A DNA stretch of 64,000 nt from Octopus sinensis (Eukaryota), in assembly GCF_006345805.1 (NCBI RefSeq), contig NC_043002.1:71300001-71364000 (forward strand). Reading direction: 5' to 3'. The notes beneath the pieces are model-generated. The model ran no database searches. It had not been told where the DNA came from and saw only the letters and a list, made by a program, of their open reading frames with translations. The position numbers and the translations under genes were made by a program. How positions within the stretch are numbered: position 1 is the stretch's first letter; every line of letters starts with the position of its first letter. Below, piece after piece: positions 41,449-54,974 of the stretch.

Positions 41449-41455
41449 CCATCTC
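40985..41455 (+). repeat. Compound (CAT)/(CAC)/(CCT) trinucleotide repeat
   Basis: Direct reading; gives poly-D, poly-M and poly-I pseudo-ORFs. Confidence 0.9.
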
Positions 41456-41474
41456 ACGTCTTCGTCCTAATCAG

Positions 41475-41538
41475 TCCCTGGACATTACTGTCACGAATCC
41501 TAGTATTCTAAGGGCTGGTTATCCTATTTCTGTGGTGG
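41475..41538 (+). other. Candidate 64-nt exon (SLDITVTNPSILRAGYPISVV)
   Basis: Pyrimidine-rich ...CGTCCTAATCAG acceptor, GG|GTAAGT donor and one open frame; no homology recognised. Confidence 0.2.
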
Positions 41539-42463
41539 GTAAGTGACAGTGATCACAACCTTACTCCCAGAACGGTGTGGGGGCGACAGTTCATCGCAAG
41601 CTTAATCATTTGCAGTTGAATGACCAGTAACGAGGTGAGGTGAAATGAATTGTTTTGTTTAGGAACAGAATTGCACAACCCGATCAGAGAATCGAAATTA
41701 AGATCTTGAAATCTCGAACGCAACTGTCTGATCTCAAGGACAAGTGCCGTCATATTTTACATACGATTTACCTGGCGTAAAGAGCACCACCTGCTTACGC
41801 ACTGCGCTATAATTCTTATAGAGCTGACTTTAACTTGCAAACTTTCCTGGGCGAGAACTTGGCCTCGTGACTGGCACGAACTGATTAAGTTTTGGGATCG
41901 ATCTTGTACTGGACAAGGGTTGTGGATTATTTTACCTGTATGTTTTCATTTAATTTTTGAGATTCATTTCGGCTTCCTTTTTAGTAGTCTCACTTGTGAG
42001 AGCAGTCGAGTATATTTCAGATACTCTCATTTAAAAAATCATCCCCGACTAATCGTTGAGAGGACGTTGGTGTTGCCTTGGCTGAGGTTAGGTTTGCGCT
42101 CTCTGAGTGCTCTTGTTTGAATTTAAATCAATTTCTCCATCTGACCTTTCTGTACTTCTCTTTCAAAAAATTGTCGGTTATAAATGAATAATTGTGAACC
42201 AAGTGAGATATGAGCAATGAATAAAGTATTCTAGATCGCTAGAAATTTTATATAGAAAAGCGTAGGATGGAAAAACAAACACGGGCGGTGTTGGAATGAA
42301 GGAAGGAAACGCGAATAGAGAAAGAGAAACGGTTTAGTATTTATTTTCATTATAATGCAACGCAAATATGTTTATTTAACGCTGTTGTTTCTTCGCTCAG
42401 TGGCCGTCCTTTATTTTTCCTTCTTCCCCCACCCATTTACCTCTCTCCGTCTCTCTTTCCCTT

Positions 42464-42501
<38 letters not shown>

Positions 42502-42671
42502 CTCCTGTTTCCTGTTCTCTCAGTCCTCCTCTTCTCTTGCTGTTTCTCTTCTTCCCCCCTGTCTCCATCTCAGTTATTAATTGTTTCCTCACTTTATTAG
42601 TCTCAATGCACCCAGAATGCATTATTCATTTCCCCCAATCATAAACCACCACGCGCACTCTCTTCCTTTCT

Positions 42672-43093
42672 CCAACTCTTTTACTCTTTACTCTTTTACT
42701 TGTTTCAGTCATTTGACTGCGGCCATGCTGGAGTACCGCCTTTAGTCGAGCAAATCGACCCCGGGACTTATTCTTTGTAAGCTCAGTACTCATTCTATCG
42801 GTCTCTTTTGCCGAACCGATCAGTGACGGGGACGTAAACACACCAGCATCGGTTGTCAAGCAATGCTAGGGGGACAAACACAGACACACAAACACACACA
42901 CATACATAAGTATATATACATATATACGACAGGCTTCTTTCAGTTTCCGTCTACCAAATCCACTCTCAAGGCATTGGTCGGCCCGGGGCTATAGCAGAAG
43001 ACACTTGCCCAAGATGCCACGCAGTGGGTCTGAACCCGGAACCATGTGGTTGGTCATCAAGCTACTTACCACACAGCCACTCCTGCGCCTATA
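42672..43093 (-). mobile_element. Family A SINE, complete, with a short internal microsatellite
   Basis: Full head AGGCGCAGGAGTGGCTGTGTGG through to the (GAGTAAAA)n tail. Confidence 0.92.
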
Positions 43094-43192
43094 TGAAATA
43101 TCAAATTATTTCTTTCTTTATTGACTTATAATACAGTTTTGTTAGGTGTAGGTGTATGTGCGCGAATATTCATACCTATCTTTCTATCTATA

Positions 43193-43258
<66 letters not shown>

Positions 43259-43294
43259 ACTACCTGCCTGTCTATCTTTCTGTCTGTATGTATC

Positions 43295-43333
<39 letters not shown>

Positions 43334-43479
43334 CTTCCTCCCATCCTCCTTAATCCCTTCTTTCTCCTTTTCTCTTGGTCACTGATTCTGTCCCCTGCCT
43401 TCCACCCTCTTTGATTCCCTCTCTCTCTGTCTCTCTTTCTCTCTCTCTCCTGCAACCTGCTGCTTCTTAAACCATTCTG

Positions 43480-43865
43480 TTGGCCATCGTATCTCGACCA
43501 ACATGTGTCCCCGCTACCGAAACGGTAATTATTTCTACGCCAGCTATGTTGTTGTTTTTGTCTCATTTGGTCTAAAGTCGTATGACAACCACCGTTATAT
43601 ATATTTTGTTTATTCATTACTGTTTTCAATTTCGTTTTCGTCTCTTGTATTTACATCCGTCTTGTGCGTTCACATTCCTGTCTTCTACCAAGAAATCTAA
43701 TGCTTACAGCTTAGTTTTTTTTCTTGGGCTGGCCGAGTTGGAGCAAATATCAGAATTGAACAGCCGAAATTTGCTATGATGATTCGGTGTCTGACTGAAG
43801 ATTGAAGGCTTCGAATGATTTGTCTGTGTTCCATGTTCGTCCCTTCCTGTATTTCACGTTCATTA
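43480..43865. mobile_element. Dispersed repeat (putative Penelope-like terminal repeat, family B)
   Basis: Homologous to the reverse complement of 60340-60600. Confidence 0.5.
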
Positions 43866-43925
43866 TATATAAAAACATTCATTCTTATATATATATATAT
43901 ATATGCATATATATGCATATATATG

Positions 43926-43957
<32 letters not shown>

Positions 43958-44050
43958 CACATACATCCATATATACGTGTATGCTTTCATGTAAGAGGGA
44001 GTGCGTGCGTATATGCGTAATTAGGTAGATAGACAGACAGACAGACAGAC

Positions 44051-44112
<62 letters not shown>

Positions 44113-44359
44113 TAATTCCACACATTATTGCATATAAACTATATAGAATGCATACACAAAGATAGCAAACAGATTATTGAAACAAAACAAATAGCACCAC
44201 AAGACTACAACTCACTCACAAACAAATAACACGCGCACGTTACAACCAATGTGAGAACGTTAACCATAACCTGTAGATTTAATGACAAAATTAGGAATGA
44301 ATGACGTACATTTCCATCGAGTAGAGCACGAACGTGTTGGCTTGACAGTCTAAAGCTCG

Positions 44360-44409
44360 AACATTAGGCATCTGGTTATAAAAATCTACGTAAACCATCT
44401 TCAGGTGTT
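44360..44409 (-). ncRNA. Decayed hammerhead relic
   Basis: Minus strand AACAC CTGAAGA TGGTT...AACCA GATG CC TA ATGTT; first core half and stem II intact, GAAA mutated. Confidence 0.4.
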
Positions 44410-44603
44410 AACGCCTGCATAAGTCGAAAGCCGCTTGCAATAAAATGATGCAGTGCAGTTGATAACACCGCCCCATACCATGAAAATAAGGTTGAGACAG
44501 CCTGCAAATGTTGATAGAAAAGAATTTGAAAGCCTTGAACAAAGTGAAACATAAGGGTTTAATAAATGAAAAGGAAAAAGAATAAATAAACGCATAGTTT
44601 TAT

Positions 44604-45000
44604 TTGGACCTAAATGAACATAGTTTTTGTATGTAGGGTCTTATATATTTTTTTATCTTTTTATAAAAGCGAAAGGAATGATTTTGTCTATTTATTTTTT
44701 TTTTGTCCGTCCACCAGCGACGGTGATTAAATTGACTAGCAACAATGGACATACAGTTCCACAATTCTCAACCAATTTTCACCAAACTTTACACACACAT
44801 TACTTATGTCCCAAGGATGACATTGCACTAAAAACTTTGCCCAGAGCTTCCGCGTAAATGGACCTAAATGGACATGGTTTTTTTGTATGTAGGGTCTTCC
44901 ATACTTTTTTAATCTTTTTATGACAGTGAAAGGGTTTTGTCTATTTACTTATTCCGACTGTCCACCCGACACGGAGATTATATTGACTAGGAACACTGTA
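44604..45000 (+). repeat. Diverged tandem duplication with a ~255-bp period, Helitron-like sequence
   Basis: GGACCTAAATG.ACAT.GTTTTT.GTATGTAGGGTCTT...TTGACTAG.AAC occurs at ~44605 and ~44860. Confidence 0.6.
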
Positions 45001-45773
45001 CACGATGAATATCCAATAACAAACAGTCTTAATCTCCATATGTAAACTGAATTAAACTCTGGCAAGCTTGTATGTGATGTTGCCTTCCTTCTCTTCTCTT
45101 TGTTGATACCATTGTTTACCTACCAATGCGTTTTTTCACTTTAAGGATGTTTATTTACCCATCCATTATGATACTTCGACTGTTGTCCATTGTTTCAAAT
45201 ACGTTTTAGCATTGTTGTTCTAGCCTTTTTTACACAATCACATATGATTTGTCCCAAGAATCAACCTTTAAATAAGTGTTTTGCTTCCACTAGCGAAAGC
45301 TGTACGTATTTTTCTGAAAGCTCCATACCAATTTAACTTTATGCAGCATTTGATGTTAGTTTATGTGCAGGCTATATGGGAAGACAGAAAAAGGGGGCTT
45401 TTGTTAGCTATATCTCCGAAAAATTATCTCCCTTTCCTGTTGAATAAAATAAACACGCAGAGGGGAAGTTTCAAAGTCTTCCTTTAATTTCATTACACCA
45501 TGTATGTGGCTGTTTCTGACAAGAAATTTCGCTTTCATGTAAAAAAAATAATAAACTATATTTTGCAGTCATTATCCGTAATCTACTTCCAAAACACTTC
45601 AGTAGCTCTACATTGCATCGCTTGGAAACATATATGTTCTATGACCATTAAAGTGCAATCGGAAATATAGATTGACGTGCTACTCATAAACCTTATCGGT
45701 AATCCAATTATTTGTGAAAATATACAACCAAAGCAACTTAAACGGGCCAAAAAACGGATAAATTTGCTAGTGC

Positions 45774-45807
<34 letters not shown>

Positions 45808-45879
45808 GCAGGCAGACACTCACACATACATAGAGTGATGCAGATAAACAAGCTTGTGCATCATACATAAAATATAGAT

Positions 45880-46022
45880 ATATACATGCAGGCGTGGGGG
45901 TATGATAGAAAGCTTCCTTCACAAACATATGCTTCCCATTTCAGTCACACTGCGTGGCACATTTCACTGGTGCCTTCTACTAGTGGATTTGGTAGACGTA
46001 AACTGAAAGTAGCTCGGCGTGT
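45880..46022 (+). mobile_element. Family A SINE, 5' fragment (3' fragment at ~46440-46560)
   Basis: ACTGCGTGGCAC...GTGGATTTGGTAGACG.AAACTGAAAG. Confidence 0.7.
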
Positions 46023-46143
46023 ATATATATATGTGTGTGTGTGTATATATATATATATATAAACATACATATATATAAACATATATATATATACATATGT
46101 ATAGATAGATATATACACTATATATATATATATATATATATAT

Positions 46144-46192
<49 letters not shown>

Positions 46193-46234
46193 TATATATA
46201 TATATTATATATATATATATATCTATATATATAT

Positions 46235-46283
<49 letters not shown>

Positions 46284-47158
46284 CAAAATGGGACAAGAAC
46301 GCAAAATATCCAGACTGGTGATACAAAAAAGGGACAACAAAACATCCAGATAGACGAAACAAGGGAAACAAAGACGGTCATTCGGAGTTTTCTTTCCTCA
46401 TTCGAGTTCCAGATTATCTTTGCAAATTGTATGTTTGTCCCCACGTCATTGCAAGTGCTAAGATTAAAAAGAATTATTCTTGGGTACTATTTCTTCGACT
46501 AAAAGCCTGTAAGGCGGAGCCCCGGCATAGCCCCAGTCAAAAGTGAAACAAGTAAAGGAATAAAAGAAATACATATGTAAATATATATATAGGGATATAC
46601 AGAGAGATATAAACCTAAACTAAACATATTAAGAAGATGTGTATTCGAGTATAAGCATATAGCTATTTATATATTTATAAAATAAATAAATTTACATGGA
46701 GTAGAAAAATACAGAGAAATAAGGGGAGGAAATATGGTATTTTCAGCCGACAGCTATTTCTGGAGGCTCAGAATTGTATAATATATGTAATGTTCATAAT
46801 TATCAGATGGAATATGCATAAATACAAGCATATGCTACCAGTAGAGGGTGCATATAGACGTTAAGGTAAAACTGGCTTCCTTCGTTAAGATGGAAAATTC
46901 GGCAAAGCCGGATCATTATATATATAGATGTTTTCAGGTCACTTTATAAAACCAGCGTAGCATTAAGCTGACGAATTACTACTAAATACATTTTAGTTGA
47001 GAAACTTTCACAAGTAGTAGGGTGTTAGTAACTTCGAAGTTTTGGTTTGCTTGTTCCTTCGGCAAACTGTATATATATAATATATATATAGAGAGAGAGG
47101 AGAGAGAGAGAGAGAAAGAGAGAAATACATACATATACATATATATATATACACACTA

Positions 47159-47189
<31 letters not shown>

Positions 47190-47571
47190 TACGTATATAC
47201 ATATACATATATATATATATATATTATATAATATATATATTATATATATAATATATCGTATATACATATATATATATATATACGTATATATATATATATG
47301 TATATACGTATATACATATGTATATATATATATGTATATATATACGTATAAATATGTATATATATAATGTATATACATACGTATATACGTATATAAATAT
47401 GTATATACATATGTATATATATGTATATATATATAGATACGTATATACATATTATATGTATATACGTATATACATATGTAATACGTATATACATATGTAT
47501 ATACGTATATACATATGTATATACGTATATACATAAACGTATATATACATATATATATGTGTATATATATA

Positions 47572-47617
<46 letters not shown>

Positions 47618-47619
47618 TA

Positions 47620-47645
<26 letters not shown>

Positions 47646-47651
<6 letters not shown>

Positions 47652-48533
47652 TCTAGTTTCAGCTCAGAGCCGCGGCCATGCTGATGCACTGCCGTTTGGT
47701 GCTACACTGTTATTACGACGAACTTCGTCTAATATGTGGCACTTGGTGAAGAATGGAGTTTGATACAGCTACTCTCATTTGTACCTCTTGCCGTGAGGTA
47801 GGTTCATCTGGGACTCTTGATTGCTTCAAGGTCCGCTGTTAATTTTACACTGGTGGGTGACCATAGCTCTGAGCAGTAATCCAGGCGACTGAGGACGAAT
47901 GTCCGCCAGAGGACCATCATGGTTTCCTTATCTCTGGTTCTGAATGTTCTTAGGATCCACCCAGCCAGTCGTCTGCACTTTGTCGCCATCCTGGTAATCT
48001 GCACTTGGAAAGAGGTATCATCACTCATGTCGATACCCAGGTCCCTCACAGACTTAGGCTCTGGGATTGAAATTCCCTGTGGACCGGTGTATCCTGTAAG
48101 TTTAATATTCGGTTTTGGATGCTGGTAGCGCAGAGCCTGGAATTTTTCAGCATTAAACTGCATATTATTATCCTCAGCCCATCTGTAGACTGAGTCCAAC
48201 TCCTGCTGCAGGTGTTCAACATCGCTGGCGTTCTGTATTTTCTGCGAGACTTTCGTATCTTCTGCATAGCTGGCCAGAGTGGCTATCCGGGCATTTGAGG
48301 GCATATCCGAGAGGGCCACTATAAAAAGCAGTGGTCCCAAGACAGTGCCCTGTGGAACACCGCTCACTATTTGTGTGTTCATAGAGGTGGCTCCATTAAC
48401 CACTACTGCCAGACTCCTATCTTTCATGCAACCAGCTATGCCGATGTCACGTAGTTTGTGGCATATCATACTATGATCCACCTTGTCAAAAGCTTTTGCA
48501 AAATCAAGGTAGATTACGTCCACATTTGATTTG

Positions 48534-48535
<2 letters not shown>
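47646..48535 (-). mobile_element. CR1-group LINE fragment (RT core and 3' end) between (TA)n tracts
   Basis: [17 protein letters not shown]...SGVPQGTVLGPLLF...YAEDTK...NMQFNAEKF; 3' end GGCAGTGCATCAGCATGGCCGCGG...CTGAAACTAGAAAAAA. Confidence 0.9.
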
Positions 48536-48598
<63 letters not shown>

Positions 48599-48629
48599 CC
48601 TATAAGTATGTATATAAATACATAATATG

Positions 48630-48689
<60 letters not shown>

Positions 48690-49367
48690 CAAACAGATAG
48701 ATAGGACAGACAGATATAATATATATATATATATATATATATTATATAATATATATATATATGTATGTATGTATGTATGTATATACATATATGTACAGAT
48801 AGAAAGAGAGAAAGAGAAAGAAAGAAAAAGAGACGACATGGTTGAGTATTAAGAGAAAGAAAGAGCAACAGAGAGCATCGTGTGAGAGATATATCGATGC
48901 TTACTTGCAGGGCAATTTCCAAAACTTCTTTCTCTTATTGTAATTGCAGTCTTAATGTTCATGAAGCATTCATTTTATAACTGTTATGAAACACTAATTA
49001 CAGCAAGTGTAGTTGCAATGCTACTAAATATGTGTATTCTCTTACGTTTTTTTTTTCTCCGCTAAGAATATTTCTAAACCACTTCAGAACTTATAAGTCA
49101 TCACTTTCATGTACGACAGAAGACAAACATCAAGTAACTATCCAGGCATTATTGTCATCGTTACCAAGGATTTACGCGAATAAGTGTGCAAAAACACGTG
49201 ATGTGCTTAATCGTATGTTCATGAAATACAAAGCCTAAGGGTGTAATAGTTGAAATGAATACAGATCACTGCAAATCAAAGCGATGCTAGCTAGGTCATT
49301 ATTTTTAATAATTCTGAACATATATATATATATATGTATGTATATATACCTATACGTGTATAACATA

Positions 49368-49405
<38 letters not shown>

Positions 49406-49480
49406 ATGTATGTATAATTATATATATTGTACATTGTACGTATATACTTATTCATATATTTATATATATATATATATATA

Positions 49481-49511
<31 letters not shown>

Positions 49512-49553
49512 CATACATACATCATACATACATACATACATACATCTACATAC

Positions 49554-49609
<56 letters not shown>

Positions 49610-50102
49610 TAATATTATAAACATAGTATATCTGTTCGTGAAAAAGATGGAGGAATACAGGAGCAGACCATAAAATCTGATAATCTCAGAAGTAGATATT
49701 TAAGGTTTCACTTTAATGAATTTTGAGTGGATTAATGAACAGTTCTCAGGCCCTTTAGATAAAAACAACCTGACCGATACAAGCCCTTATTTCTATGTTT
49801 TCTGAAGAATACAAATAATATATTGGGCAACATAACGAAAAAGCATTAATTATTATCTGAACATTCAATAGCATCCCCTACGTCCGGAGGCCAATGGCGT
49901 GATGAAACATAAAATATAATTGTTTTAAAATTCTGTAAAAAAGAAATCTTTCAACCATTCTGCATATTCATCCGCATATTAAATATTCTTTCCTTATATA
50001 TGTATGAAGTTTTTTCTTGCTTGTACACACGGCGGTTTTGTCTATTTAGTAGTATATATATAATATATGTACACATATATAGATATACGTCTATATATGA
50101 AG

Positions 50103-50133
<31 letters not shown>

Positions 50134-50190
50134 TATATATACATTCACGCATACATACACACATGTATATATATATATATGGGGGGGAGC

Positions 50191-52243
50191 CTATCTCATT
50201 AGTGCCTATGCCCCGATTCTAACAGCAGAAAATGAGAAGAATGATCAGTTCTATGAGGAACTTCAGAATGTGATCAACAGTGTCCCATAGGCACACCAAC
50301 TCTTTTTCATAGGCGATTTCAATGAAAGAGTAGGTGCTGCTCACCAATCATGGCCCAACTGCTTTGGACAGTTTGGACTGGGGAAAATCAATGAGAATGG
50401 CCAGATACTGTTAGAATTCTGCACAAATAACAGCCTGTGAATTTCAAGCACCTTTTACAATGGCAAAGACCGGCATAAAGTTTCTTGGTGCCATTAAAGA
50501 TCAGGTCATTGGCACTTCGTCATCATCAGAAAGGATGATGTCAACACTGTGAAGCAAACAAAATCCTTCCACAGTGCAGACTGTAACACAGATTATCTGT
50601 TGGTTATAGCCAAGGTAAAGATTGTCACAAAGAAAATACTAATAGCCGAAAAACCAAAGAAACCTAAGATCGACACAGGAAAACACCCAAGATCCAGCGA
50701 TGAGAACCAAATTTCAAAATTATGTTGAAGGACAGCTCCAGAACTTAGCTAATCCCCTGATGACATTTGTAACAACATGAAATCAGCAATATATGATTCT
50801 GCGTCGAGGACCTTTGAAACGGCTCGACTTTCCAAGGAGTACTGGATCGGAGCCAATGCATCAATTCTAAATCCATTACTTGAGAAAAACGCAAGATCTT
50901 CATAAAGCTCAATAGAAAGCCAACAGAAAGTACAAACAAAGCAACAGCTACGTGATGCAAAAACCAACATTCAAAAAGCAACTAGAATATGTGCCAACCA
51001 GTACTGGTATAAATTATGCTTAGAAATTCAACAGCTGAGTGACATGAGTAATAACAGGAAACTGTATGAGAATATTAGAGTTACTATCGGACCAACAGTG
51101 AGTAAAGTGGCACTACTCATATCTGCAACTGATGACCAGCTGTCGGACAAGAAGAAACAAATGGAATGATGGGTGAAACATTACTCTCAGTTGTACACAA
51201 AGGAGCGAGATGTTGATAGACAGCTTGATGAGGCCATTCCCCAGCTCCCTGAAACGACAGAACTTGATATATCGCCAACAGAAGAACTTTCCAATACAAT
51301 CGATGAACTTGCAAGCGGAAAAGCACCCGGAAATGATAATATAGCTGCTGAAGTGTTGAAAGAGAACAAAGAAATCCTCCTTCCACATTTATACAATTTA
51401 CTAAAGACGTGTTGGTTGGAAGTAAAAATTCCACAGGATATGAGAGATCCCAAGATTATCACTCTACAAAAGTAAAGAGGACAACAGAGATTGCAATAAC
51501 TACAGAGGCATCTCGTTTCTGAGCATGACTGGAAAAGCCTTTGCGAGGATCATTCTGAATCGATTTCAGAAGCTAGCAGAAAGGGTACTATCAGAGAGCC
51601 AGTGCGGTTTTAGATCTAACCGTTCAACAATGGATATGATATTCTCCATTCGTCAACTACAAGAAAAATGCCGGGAGCAGCAATTACCACTATATATAAA
51701 ATTTGTCGATCTGAGAAAGGCATTTCATACAGCAGATCACGACTGTATATGGTGCTTGAAAACCGTGGCTGTCCCCCAATACTACTGCAGCTCATTGTTT
51801 CGTTCCATGCTGACATGAAGGCCATCATGAGGTTTGACAGTTTAATATCAGATAGCTTCAACATCAACAGCGGAGTAAAACAAGGTTGTGTCTTAGTACC
51901 AATCCGCTTCAGCATTTACTTTGCTGTATTGTTGCAGTATCCATTTCAAGAGTTGCCGGGAGATGTCTACCCTTGTTGGAGAACTGATGGGTCACTCAGG
52001 AAGGAGCTACAGAAATAAACAAGTTAAGAAGCGTCAGCGGCAAAAAGAATATAACAGAAATGTAGAGCGCTCAGCCACCCTCTTGGTGTGCAAGTACTGT
52101 AACAGAAGCTGCGATTCAATCATAGGAAGAATCAGCCGTGAAAGAAGCTGCAAGAAAGGGATACCCTGATATGTTCGATTAAGGGACCTCTAAGCTAAAT
52201 TGACCGTCTGCATAGACGAAAAGGGCCAATTATTATTATCATA

Positions 52244-52278
<35 letters not shown>

Positions 52279-52300
52279 CATTATGATTATTATTATTATT
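50191..52300 (+). mobile_element. RTE-clade LINE, decayed (APE endonuclease, RT N-half, internal deletion, C-terminal zinc motif, (ATT)n tail)
   Basis: ISAYAP...IGDFNERVG; GKAPGND; DCNNYRGIS; SQCGFRSNRSTMDMIF; FVDLRKAF; SGVKQGCVL; CKYCNRSCDSIIGRIS; multiple stops and frameshifts. Confidence 0.93.
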
Positions 52301-52322
52301 ATATATAGAGAGAGATGAAGAT

Positions 52323-52401
<79 letters not shown>

Positions 52402-53218
52402 TATATGTGCACGGAATGAGGAGTAGATAGACAGCCGACAACTGATAAATGGTCCTTTTTATGTGTTAACGTGTCCTATTTTCCATTTTCTTTTTCTCTC
52501 GTTGTTTACTTATTTAACTCGTTTGTTTACGTATTTCATCTTGTTTGCACCGTTGGCGACATCTCGTACCCATCTCCGTGTTTCCAGCGATGTCAAGATT
52601 AATATTAATGTTTGATGTTAATACTGGAATTTTTGTTTTGTGATTTCTTAATGAACAACATTTCGTATGTTATAGAATTGGGATGCGAATGAAAATTTAT
52701 TTTTGTCAGTCGGTTTAGTTTGTTCTCATGCGCAGTAGCGTTGATATCACACAGTCATCGTGTAGTATCATGTTTATCTATATAAGAAATTATTTATCAA
52801 CCTTGTTTTGATATACATATTTGGTCACCATCCTTAACGCTTACATCTTATCGAACTCGTACATAATCTTGTTATAAGTCTATGTAATGCATAATAAATA
52901 TTTTTCACAGCCGTTGGTGATGACAGTCGCAACATTCGTTTTGCTGATTTTTAACCTCATGTCAACAGTTATCGAGCATATTTATGATGAATGACGTTCT
53001 TCTTTTTAGAGGTATGGAAGACTATATTGTCTAAAGTGTGTATTCGTCATGTAAGTGGATAGAGTGTCGATTGAAGTAAATTTAGAGATTCTTACAATGG
53101 TTCATTTTCCTATACAAATATCTAATCGCTGAGCAAATTTAATTTTCTTTCAAATTCCAAATATGATGTCGTGTTGGGGTTTCCTTTTTTTTCACAGTCT
53201 CTGTAAAGGAAGGATTTC

Positions 53219-53411
53219 ATGTTTCAGTCATTTGACAGAAGCACCGCCTTTAGTCGAGCATATCGCCCCCAGGACTTATTCTTTCTAAACCTAGTACTTA
53301 TTCTGTCTGTCTCTTCCGCCGAACCACTAAGTTATGAGGACGTAAACACACCAGCATCGGTTGTCAAGCGATGCTGGGGGACAAACACAGACACACAAAC
53401 AGACACATACA

Positions 53412-53464
<53 letters not shown>

Positions 53465-53660
53465 ACACACACACATATTATATATATATATATATATATA
53501 TACATAAAACGGGCTTCCTTCAGTTTCCGTCTACCAAATCCACTCACAAGACTTAGGTCGGCCCGAGGCTATAGAAGACACTTGCCCAAGGTGCCACGCG
53601 GAACCCAGAACCATGTGGTTGGTAAGCAAGCTACTTACCACACAGCCACTCCTACGCCAT
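53219..53660 (-). mobile_element. Family A SINE with an expanded (CA)n(TA)n
   Basis: Homologous to 42672-43093. Confidence 0.9.
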
Positions 53661-53769
53661 CATGTGCTGAATACGCTTCCATCGAAATATATATTTCGTT
53701 GAAGTAAGAGAATTTTCGAGCCATTAGAGAAGCCTATATTTGTCCACTTGACATGCAGAGAATAAGGAC

Positions 53770-53900
53770 AAATATCCATAGAATCACTAGGCCTCAGCCT
53801 CATTCACAGCTCCTTAAGTACAATTGGCCGATGCATTGGGCAGCAAGATGGCTCCAACAATCTCGGTCCTGATTAACATCGCCAGTCTCTTTCCAAGTGA
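53770..53900 (-). mobile_element. RTE-type LINE C-terminal fragment
   Basis: WKETGDVNQDRDCWSHLAAQC resembles the AQDR..WR terminus of RTE proteins. Confidence 0.5.
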
Positions 53901-54335
53901 TATTAAGCTGCATCACAACGCCGGTCGAAATTTTGAGCGGCATTTCATTCGTCTTTGCGTTCTGAGTCCAAATTCCGCCGAAATCGATTTTCATCCTTTC
54001 GGAGTCGATATAGTATGTATCCCTTGTATACTGGGTTAATTGCAGTCGAATTAATCTCCACTGAAATTGGAGGCCTTGTGTCAAAATTTTGAACCATTAG
54101 TTTTATTATTATTATTAAAGGCAGCGACCTGGCAGAATCGTTAGCACGCCGGGCAACAAGCTTTACGTCATTCCGCCCGTCTTCACATTCTGAGTTCAAA
54201 TTGCACTGAGGTAAACTTTACCTTTCATCCTTTCAGATTTGATGAATTAAGTAGCAGTCAAGTACTGGAGTCGATGTGGCCAACTATCCCCCTCATCATA
54301 CAACTTCCAGGCCTTGTGCCTATAGGAGAAGTGAT
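53890..54335 (+). mobile_element. Two decayed family C SINE copies
   Basis: GAGTCCAAATTCCGCCG...TTTCATCCTTTC and AAGGCAGCGACCTGGCAGAATCGTTAGCACG heads. Confidence 0.7.
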
Positions 54336-54479
54336 TATTATTATTATTAATATTATTATTACTACTACTACTACTACTACTACTATTATTATTATTATTA
54401 TTATTTTATTTTTATTTTTATTGTTTGCTGCAGAGTACATCGGACTTGTTTTCAAACGCTCCAGATAAGTCATTTTGTA

Positions 54480-54486
54480 GTAGTAT

Positions 54487-54533
<47 letters not shown>

Positions 54534-54543
54534 ATAGTAGTAA

Positions 54544-54597
<54 letters not shown>

Positions 54598-54598
54598 C
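54480..54598 (+). repeat. (TAG)n microsatellite
   Basis: Direct reading. Confidence 0.95.
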
Positions 54599-54974
54599 AT
54601 CTTTCCTTTTACAGTTCATATTTCCATTTGTAAATAGGCTTTCTGTTTTAGTATTAATATACCGACCGGTATGCATGAACTGACATGTAGCGCATCGATT
54701 GTCATTGTATTTCGGTTACTATTAATGTTTTATCATAGCTGTACGGGGTAAAATTTGGTTTTGTCAATAATTGCTCCAAATTTTTTGGTTTTTTACTTTG
54801 AATCAATATTCCCTCAGAAATTATATCTTTTAGTTCGTTATATTGCTCAATGTTTGATTTCACATTGTAACCATATTTTAGTAACGTGGCATGTCTCTTT
54901 CTATAAATGATATGATCTCCTGCTTTTATGTTCCTATTTCTTGGATTGTTCTAACATATATTTGTTTAGCAGGC

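Noticed and set aside
40815-41546. Poly-Asp, poly-Met and poly-Ile ORFs
   Set aside because: They come from a (CAT)n-type repeat open in several frames; the unique tail has no recognisable homology.
46961-47024. CTGACGA...GAAA-CTTTCACAAG-TA hammerhead candidate
   Set aside because: Stem III is plausible, but stem I does not pair and stem II is not adjacent to the core.
47804-48922. 372-aa ORF as a single gene
   Set aside because: It is chance read-through of (GATA)n/(TA)n into a CR1 RT fragment whose YADD is altered to YAED.
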